A stretch of DNA of 64,000 nucleotides from Carpediemonas membranifera BICM (lineage: Eukaryota; Protista; Fornicata), in contig JAHDYR010000028.1 in the NCBI GenBank assembly GCA_019828565.1, positions 1-64,000 of the forward strand, written 5' to 3'. The translations under genes were made by a program, and so were the position numbers. The number at the start of each line of letters is the position of its first letter. Position 1 is the first letter of the stretch. This document shows, one piece after another, positions 56,001 to 64,000 of the stretch. Under the pieces are notes generated by a model that searched no databases, was not told where the DNA came from, and was given only the letters and a program-made list of their open reading frames with translations.

Positions 56001-56596
56001 CTGTCCCTGTCTACATCCCATTCGATGGGCCCATCTTCCTTCGGCTTGAGGATCGCCGTCTCGATGTCCTTCTCAGATGGCCATCTTGCCATGCCAGTGA
56101 AGCCCGCTTTCAGCGTCTTGGGCTCCAGTGCCTGTGCCATGTCCTTTGCTTCCTCGTCTCTGGGGTTGAGCGCCTCTGTGAGCATGTAGAAAAGGTCGCG
56201 GAGGCCGTGGATGCCGCATGGGTTCCTGAGGATGATGTCCTTGTTGTCAGTGACGCCGGTTGCGAAGAGGATGCGTCTGGCGTTCATGATTACTTCCTTG
56301 CGTCCTTTGGAGTTCGCATTGAGCGACTTTCCTGTAAACTTGCCTGTTCTACGAAGAAGTAGAGTCCTTGAATCGTTCCTTTCAGCGAGGAAGCTGTCCA
56401 GTAGTTCCCTGATGTCCTCCCACTGCTTCTGCGTGGAATCCCTGATCCTTGTCGGTATTTCTACCTGCATTGTTGAGTGCAAAATTTCTCCCCTTTTCCT
56501 AGTCCATAAACTGGGTCGGAATTTTTGGGTCCGAAAGTCGGGCCACATGTACATATCCGGGTGAGGTCTCCGTCCAGGCCTTCCAGTTTCTCCCAT
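53081..56596 (-). CDS. LINE-B ORF1 (about 1170 codons, one in-frame TGA at 54170-54172) with a Maelstrom-like domain at about 54670-55345
   Basis: IDFE, IPVEGG, TGLPP, AKGVEME, CPYH, HCGLAD. The 808-aa and 320-aa ORFs share one frame and are linked by FIPRDWG. Confidence 0.8.
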
Positions 56597-59500
56597 TGTC
56601 CATGCTCCGAACTATATAGGCCATTCTTTCAAAAAGGCGCGGTCCTAAAAATGCGTCGCCCTTTTCTGAGTAGCGGGGCCTTTCTGTGTAGTTGTTGTTG
56701 CTTTGTTCGTAGTCTCCTTTTAGCCTCTATCGACGGCCCCTGTTTCCCTTTTGTGCTGCCCTTCCTTCCTTGTGGTCTTGACAAAACCATGTAGCCGCCG
56801 GTGCTAGCACTGGCCCTCGACGGTTGTTTTCCTTTTCCTTGTAAACATACGTTCCATGAAGACACTTTGATTCCTTGGTATGGGCGTGGAGCTCCCACTC
56901 GCGCCCAGCGGTATGCCCTGATAGCAACCCTTGAATGTTCAGACAGGAGGCCAAGGCCGCTCCTTCTGAGCTCCATGGGGCACTGCCCTATCCATATAGG
57001 CCAGGCCTGTTGGTCCTTGTCCATCCATGATCGAAGTGTTTCCACTTTGCTGAAATCATTGGTGAACTGCGGCACCAGGAGGGGGGTGAGACCACGTCAA
57101 TCTTTCTGGACATCGAGAAGGCATATGACACGGTACCAAGGGACATCCTCATGGATAAGCTACAAGGCATGGGGGTGGAGGAGCACCTGGTCAGGGCAAT
57201 TCAAGGCACACTAAAGGAAACTTGGATATCAGTCAAGGGGGCAAAGGCATGGGAAAGAACCAACAGGGGAGTTAAGCAAGGGTGCGTCCTGGCACCGACA
57301 CTGCTTGTGTTGTTCATGGCTAACTGGCCCCACCTGGCCAGAAAGAAAATCAAGGGAGAACGGTACGACATCAGAGAACCGCCAAGGACCACGAGCCACC
57401 TCAGCGACCGACTACCGGCAGCACTTACCATGTTTGTGGATGACACCGCAATCACGGGGAGCAAACCGGAGCATAGCCAGAAGGTCGCCAACATAATGGT
57501 GGACATAATCAGAGAGCATGAAATGAGGGTGAACGCCCAGAAGAAAGTAATGATTAGCGTGGACAGAACAGCCCTAGTCAGGATCGAAGGGGTAACACTA
57601 CTGCCAGAGAAGGAGGCGAGATACCTGGGACTATGGATCGCAAGTGGGAAGGACCCTATGTCGGCCTGCATAAGGCGGAAACAGGAGCAGAGCGAAAGGT
57701 ACAAGAGACTGGTGAGATGGGCAGGGTGGACCAGGGCAAACATGCCAGCACTAGCGAGCAGGCTACTACTGGAAATATATATATGGCCCAGGATCCTCTT
57801 CGGAGTCGAGGTGTGGGGGAACGCACCGGGAGGTAGAAGGATCTGGAATGACTGGCAGGGAATCATGGCAGGAACAGGACCCGGGGGGGGCCGCCATGAG
57901 GCTGATGAATGGATGGGTAGACCTCCAGGCACACATGGAATGGCTGGCGGTCAAAAGGATAGTCAACTACAGGGACCAGGATATACCAGTCAGAAACAGA
58001 GAATGGGGGCGGGGCACGGTTATGTGGGAAGCTAGGGAGAGAGTGCAACATTTACTGGAGGGCACCAGAGAGGGAGCCCCCAAATCAGCACTACTGGATT
58101 ATGGCATAGAAACGATCAGGAGGGGGTGGATGAAGCGGTGCAAAAGCCGTACGGCACTAGGACTAATGGAAATCATGGGGACAAGGAAATTAAGCAAGTG
58201 CCTGCAAGGTAAGCCTACGGTAGACCGAAAGGCTGGGAAGGGGCAAATCAGGGCGGAATGGAAGAGAATTGTATCCATTGCAGCCAATGTCAGCCCATCC
58301 CCATCGTCGGCAGAGAGAGGGGAGGGCCCTATGAGAGCCATCACAGAGCTGGCCCAAGGCGCTGACCTGAAGAGAGAAATTAGCAGACTATGCCCCCTAT
58401 GCTCGGAGGAGTCGGAGGTGAGCCTGTTCTACAGGATCATTAGGGAAAAGCCAGGACCAGCAAGGAAGCAGGAAATGATCAGGGAGTGGGCAGAGGGCCA
58501 GAGGCTAGGATCGGCAGCGCACATAATCTGTGAATGCCCGGCAGTAGACAGGGGAGATGCTTGGACAAAGCTGTGGACAGCAGCGAAGCACAAAACTAAG
58601 GACTTGGAAGTAAGGCAGGGCCCCCAGGGCGAATGGTACCAGGAGAGGCCCATCCTAGAATTACAGCAACTAATAATATGGGGCTCGGAGGACATATGTG
58701 AAGGCCTCACGGCATGACTACGGGAACTGGCAAAGGTTTACAACAGCTTCAAGGTGGAATAGAAGCGCGTCATCACAACCCCTGACTCCAGGACTGGGAA
58801 GGGACAGAGCACCCCTGGGATCAGCGAGGGGAGGCCCCGCGTATCCCGGTGGTACCAGTCCATGACAGACCTTGCAAAGAATAAGACAGCATGGAAATCA
58901 GCAGGCTGAAAACCAACGTAAGGGGACCCCTATCCGAGGCTCAAGTCTGACAGAGAGTGACACCTAACGATAAGGAATGGACAAGGAAGCAGCCATGGAC
59001 CACCCTCGCTGGGCGCAAAGCTCCGGGGATCAGTGAGAAAAGGCCCCACGTATCCCGGTAGCCAGGAACCAAAGCAAGGGAAGGAACGATTGCAAGGAAA
59101 GAACAGGGAAGGACAGATCAGAATTATGGAAGAAAGGACATACGACAAGGGCAGAGCAAGGACAAGGCCAAGGAAATCCATGTTCATATGGTTGCACCAC
59201 TCGTTGTGACCCCAAGGAAACTGCAGGGACTGGCCACGGGGGTCGGAGGGGCACAGGTGCCCCTGCCGCCCTTGTTAACGACATGGGAAACCAAGGACAT
59301 GTAGTGCAAGCGAAATGTTGTAAGGGGTAACAGGACAACCAGGCCCAGTGCCTGGGTAACACCGCCCATGCCCTGACCCACGCCACCTAACCGGGGTAGA
59401 CAGCATGGACTTAGTCACTTTCCCCGCCTTCGGGTAGGCTTCTTAACAGAGTCGAGGGGGCATGGAATTGGGGAACCGGACAGACGAGAGGGTGCCGTGG

Positions 59501-60358
59501 CTGAACGGCTCTACAAGGACTGCAGGGAAGCAAGGAGTGTCATATTCAAGGTCCTGCAGGACGATCCTGCCTGTCAATGCCCCGAGGACAGACCCCCAGG
59601 CTCCCCGGATAGTTGCCGGACTCTCAGGGAGACAGGAAAGCATAGTTGCACGGAGATGGCCGCAGGGCCTCTGGGGTGATTGGAATCGGCTTTCCGCGGA
59701 GACAGTAGCACCGAAAGCCCAAGGCAAACGCTGCTGACCAGTTTGCCACGGGAAATAGGCAGTACCCCGGGGCACTCAGCTCCAAGACAACGGGAAACAA
59801 GCTCAGTCCGGGGTCAGAATCCAAACACCATAAATTTCTTTCTTTCTCCCTCACCGCTCCCTCGGCCGGTCAGGCAAGCGCTCTCGAATACTTGGAATAA
59901 AAGCAATTTTAGTAGATTCATGAGCTCTGTCAAGGCTCTGGCCTTTGGGGCTCTCTCAACATGCTACCAGACTACTGCATTGTCATTCACCGGATGAGCA
60001 GGCCATGATGTGCAGAGTCACTTGCCATCTGGCGCATCATGAGGAGATATTGGAATGTGATGATGTGTTTATTGACTAAATGAGCTGGAATTAGGCGGGT
60101 TTGATGTTGCTTACATGTTCTGTGGCATGCCTGATGTCCAAAGATGTATTTTGGCACAGTGATGTTGTTTAGTGTGCTCATAGCTGACCGCGTAGTTACC
60201 TGACTTCAATGTGTCGTGTTGGTGCCAAGAAATCGATGGTAGCTCGCACGTTTGAGGTAGTTGCTTGTTGCATCGATGCAACGCACTTTAAGGATTAACC
60301 ACCTGAACCCCATAGCCGTTTCCTAAGGCCAGATACTACCACCCTGGACCCCAGGGTC

Positions 60359-61663
60359 ATGGAGCAACTCCCGGTCAAACTCCACCCCGAGCTCCTGACC
60401 CTATCCCAGGCAGCCTCGCTGGTCCCGCTCCATAAGCATGACATGATGCATGGGGGCTCAGCCCAGCAGCTGAGACACCGGCTCACCCACTGCCTGGTGA
60501 ACATCGGCGATAGAGCACCAGCGGGCGTCCCGAAACTCATCGTAAGCGCGGAACTCCGGCGCCAAGATAGAGGGCCCAGGCATTATGTCAACTTCTTCCC
60601 CTCGGTTCTTCCCCTAGACTGGGGCATCCGCACAGTAGAACAAGGAGGGGAGCCTGGAAGACGCCGCCCGAGCGCCTTGGGCGAACCCCAATACGACGGC
60701 ACCCTGGCCCTGGGATGCAGTCCCATGATGAGACTACCCCCCATCCGCCTGTGGGACTTCCCGTACACCCAGAACAACGACGGGCACAGGTCGCAGCGAG
60801 AGCAAAAAGAGGCTGTGACCGCGGCAAGGGCCGCGCTTAGAGCCTGCCTCGAAGAGCACCGGGAGAGGCTCACCAACGAGATTCACCAAGGCATGGAGTG
60901 GCCGGCCCTAGGGCTGCTTGAGGGCCCGCTCACCGAGAACCGACAGGTCCCCACCCCGAACCCATCTCAAAGGAAGGTGAACGCCACCCCCTCCCCCAGC
61001 AGGCTCCAAGGGGAAACAAACCCCACCCCCAACCCGCGCCAGGTAACCCCCGCCCACCCCACCCCAAGGGCAATCATCACCCCTAATGCGCACCAGGTAA
61101 GCCCTGCTTACCCCACTCCCAGAGGAATGAACCCCCCACCCGGCCCCGGGACAGGCGATCCTCACGCCTCACAAAGAGGCCAACCCCCGGCGATGCCTCT
61201 GAGCCAGGCTTTCGAGCACCGGCCCCCGCCGGGCGGCCCCGAAGGGAAGAGGCCCCCAAACCCAAGACTGGGCACGGTCGATCAGATGGGTGCCTACATC
61301 CAAGCCCTCTTCCAAGCGGAGGTGGAGCGAAGAGCTGAAGAAGAGCGGCAGCGGATCATGAGCCATTACGAAGAGGAAGTCTCCCGGCTGAACAACGAGG
61401 TTACCCACCTCCAAGGCCAGCTGGCCAAGGAAAGGGAAGCCCTAGCAAGAGGAGCGAGCGAGCGCCAGCGCCTCCAGCGCATCGCCGAGAAATCGGAGGC
61501 CTTCAAAAGAGCCAGCCTCAGGCTCCGTGAAACAAACAGAGTCCTCGAGGCCAGGCTTGAGGAGGCGCTTGCCGCCGCCAACGGAAGCGACGAGGAAGAA
61601 GAGCTCCTACGCATCGGAATGGAGCACGAGAGCGACGAACCAGATCAAGAGATGCATGAGTAA
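60359..61663 (+). CDS. LINE-C ORF1 C-terminal part: PxDWG motif, Pro-rich repeats, coiled coil
   Basis: LTLSQAASLVPLHKHD and NFFPSVLPLDWGI match LINE-A 15492-16391. Confidence 0.75.
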   Translation: MEQLPVKLHPELLTLSQAASLVPLHKHDMMHGGSAQQLRHRLTHCLVNIGDRAPAGVPKLIVSAELRRQDRGPRHYVNFFPSVLPLDWGIRTVEQGGEPGRRRPSALGEPQYDGTLALGCSPMMRLPPIRLWDFPYTQNNDGHRSQREQKEAVTAARAALRACLEEHRERLTNEIHQGMEWPALGLLEGPLTENRQVPTPNPSQRKVNATPSPSRLQGETNPTPNPRQVTPAHPTPRAIITPNAHQVSPAYPTPRGMNPPPGPGTGDPHASQRGQPPAMPLSQAFEHRPPPGGPEGKRPPNPRLGTVDQMGAYIQALFQAEVERRAEEERQRIMSHYEEEVSRLNNEVTHLQGQLAKEREALARGASERQRLQRIAEKSEAFKRASLRLRETNRVLEARLEEALAAANGSDEEEELLRIGMEHESDEPDQEMHE

Positions 61664-61819
61664 CGAGCCATACCAAAGCAGTGGAGGGAAGAGTGCAGAG
61701 TCTAAAGGGATGTGTATATATAGCACGTTAGTGTAGGACTAGGTGAAGTGAAGGCGCCGGAATAGGTGCAGCGTTGGAGCCCGCCAGAAGGGCTGTACTG
61801 GCGCCAATGCCCGGGTGAC

Positions 61820-62095
61820 TTTTTCTTTTCTTAAAACCCCTGTTCCCCGCAGGGACCGGGGGGCGGGTAAGAGGCAGTTGGAACGCCATCGAGGACCCGC
61901 CTGTCCGGCAGGCTGGAACTCCAGCCTTGGGAGGGGCGCCGAAAGGAGTCGCTCCCACCTATGCGTAGTTAGGTAACGATGCTGCCAATGTGCGAGGCCA
62001 GAAGCGCTATAGAGACTGGCACGAAAGTCCCGACAAGCACCGCGAGGGCGCGGCCAGTGAAAGGGGTGGTACACCCTAGGTCAGCTCCAAGAGGG
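61820..62095 (+). ncRNA. LINE-C version of the inter-ORF structured RNA
   Basis: Same order of stems as 17049-17300, with compensatory changes. Confidence 0.55.
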
Positions 62096-62391
62096 AACCT
62101 GGGCCACGTCTGGGGACTCTGGAGGAAGCAGCCGTTCTGGCCAAGCACCCCATGTGAATGGCGCATGCTTCTGGGTCCTGGAGAAATATCAAGGGCAAAG
62201 AAGACGCCTACCCGGGCCGCCCACCAACAACCCACAGGGCGGGAAGCGGCCCACCCAACGTGCTAAACAACGACGACATAGGCGCTCACCCATTGGGAAG
62301 GCAACTATGCAGATGCTAAACCCCAACAACAAGATGAAAGTGTGCAGGTAGTGCAGAATAAGGAGTGCAGGTTAAGGCAGTAACAACCTGA

Positions 62392-64000
62392 ATGCGAATA
62401 GTCTCCCTTAACAGCCAAGGACACTTAACGGGCAATGAAGACTACAGCGGATCTATAGCGGTAGCGCTTCGCAAGCACACGAGCCCGGACGCCCTCCTCT
62501 TGCAGGAAACATTCAGGTACGGCAACTCCGTAGTCCCCTGTTGGGCGGACCTGCAATACGCATGTGCAGGGCACGCCAAACCCATCAAGGCTCGAAAGGG
62601 CAAGATTAACCTAGGCGTAGCCACGGTGATCAGCCCACATTCACAGGCAACCTGGGATGTAGGAGTATCTGACGGCACGAACCCCCGAGTTCAAGTTAGC
62701 ATCCTCGAAACCTCAAGGGCTATCGCAGTCATCAACATATACGCCCCTCCAAGTGACCGCAGCGCAGCGGAGCTAGACCGCTTCGACCAACAGCTGGAAA
62801 ACATCGTCAGAGAGTACCACGGCTTCGAGATAATCATCATGGGGGACTGGAACCGTGACCCGCGGAGCCTGCGCCATGCCACCAGCGCCACACTACAGCG
62901 AAACAATCTAGACCTAGTTTTCCCTCGTCTCACACATACATGAGTGGGAATACCACCTCGACGCTGGATTATGCAGCTGTATCTGGGGGGATCACGAGGG
63001 CCAAAGCTAGAGTCATTGACAAAGCTGAGATGGGGCATTGGGGCTCCCCCCATAGGGCAGTGGAGCTAACCTGGGACGAACCGCATTGGAAGAAACAACC
63101 GGCCAAACCCAAGCTGGAAATCCCAGGAACAACCACCTGGAATGTCCTCCCAGAGCGCAACGGGGAAAGGGCAAGGGAATGGCCGCAACCCGATGTGGAG
63201 CTCCATGTAGATACAATCGAGTACCAAATACGGGAACTCTTATCGGTGGGATTTCAAACTTCCGCTAGGAACGTCAGACCAGGGAGATCGCAAAAAAGGA
63301 TCCCGGAGAACGTATGGAAGCAACTCATCCTAGCCCGATGGAACAAAGCGGGGGCCGCGGAAATCAAGCGGACCCTGAACAACGAGCTCCAGAAGTCATG
63401 GAAAAGCTTCAAGGAGGAGTGGACGCAGCAGGTGGAAAACAGCGCAAGGGCAGGGTATAAGACCACCAAGAAGGTCATAGCAAACCAGGTCCACAGGTTC
63501 TGGAACGAGAAACAACACGCAGGGCTACCGGCGATGCTCAGAGGAAAGAGGTCGATCTTAACAAGGGAAAACGAGATAGCTAGGGAGCTGCAGAGGCAAT
63601 ACGCCCAAGTCAGTAGTGGCATAGCACCTAGTTGGGACCAGATCCCGGCGGCCCAAACAACTGATCAACCCCCCACGGAGGAGGAGGTCACGGCCGCCAT
63701 CAAGTCCCTGAAGAAATCATCGGCAGGAGGCCCGGATGGTATCACGGGCGAATGTCTGAGAGACCTCCCCCAGGCGGCCTACAGGGCAATCACATGCCTC
63801 TTCCAGAAAGTATACGAGTCTGGGGAACTACCCACCACGTGGAAGTACGCCTCCATCTCCCCGATACACAAAGTAGGGAAAGATAAGCTACTGCCAGGAT
63901 CCTACCGACCCATCTCACTCACCCCCCTCCTCTACCGAGCATATGGGAAGGTACTCAAATGGAGGCTCAAACCAACAGTTGAGAGGCACACCCCCAGAGA
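62392..64000 (+). pseudogene. LINE-C ORF2: APE plus start of RT, frameshifted, incomplete at window edge
   Basis: APE motifs, then SAGGPDG, WKYA, YRPISLTP. Confidence 0.88.

Larger units (their letters stand above)
50731..57068 (-). mobile_element. LINE-B inner copy (6338 bp): RT-less internal-deletion derivative with 13-bp TSD
   Basis: GCGGCACCAGGAG at 50718-50730 and 57069-57081; TTTC tail at 50731; 3' UTR nearly identical to the outer copy. Confidence 0.92.
49436..59847 (+). mobile_element. LINE-B outer copy: 5'-truncated within APE, decayed ORF2, AAA(TTTC)3 tail, interrupted by the inner copy
   Basis: GDWN, YRPISL, VQRHQE|...LDIEKAYD continuous across the insertion, GVKQG, FVDD, CPLC..HIICEC; tail at 59832-59847. 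Confidence 0.9.
60299..64000 (+). mobile_element. LINE-C (close to LINE-A): 5'-truncated in ORF1, runs off the window
   Basis: ORF1 C-terminal part at 60359-61663; conserved spacer; ORF2 from 62392 (MRIVSLNSQGHL, LQET, NIYAP, GDWN, YRPISL). Confidence 0.9.

Noticed and set aside
57060-57069. CAGTT at the 5' ends of both LINE-A and inner LINE-B as a shared initiator
   Set aside because: Inner LINE-B is an open frame from its first base and has much less sequence upstream of the nuclease domain, so it is probably 5'-truncated and the match may be chance.

Overview
Eukaryotic (protist-like, GC-rich) genomic window. A compact island of host genes at about 31.7-44 kb encodes a GST-fused asparaginyl-tRNA synthetase, a tail-anchored coiled-coil protein with 276-bp repeats, P5C dehydrogenase with one 95-nt intron, PNO1 and an LSm fragment. 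It is flanked by two nests of retroelements. At least eight Ty3/gypsy (mostly chromovirus-type) LTR elements or fragments are present; the four with an intact 5' end have very short LTRs (76-124 bp) and a palindrome where the tRNA primer-binding site should be, and one carries an antisense, intron-containing gene ending in a chromo-like domain. The most notable system is a family of very large APE-RT non-LTR retrotransposons: three subfamilies, including a TSD-bounded 10.7-kb copy at 11108-21851. Their ORF1 encodes a Maelstrom/arenavirus-NP-like DEDDh+ECHC nuclease domain. They share a covarying structured RNA between ORF1 and ORF2, a conserved 3' UTR stem-loop and AAA(TTTC)n tails. Element boundaries were read by eye from TSDs and LTRs; domain calls rest on motifs, not database searches.
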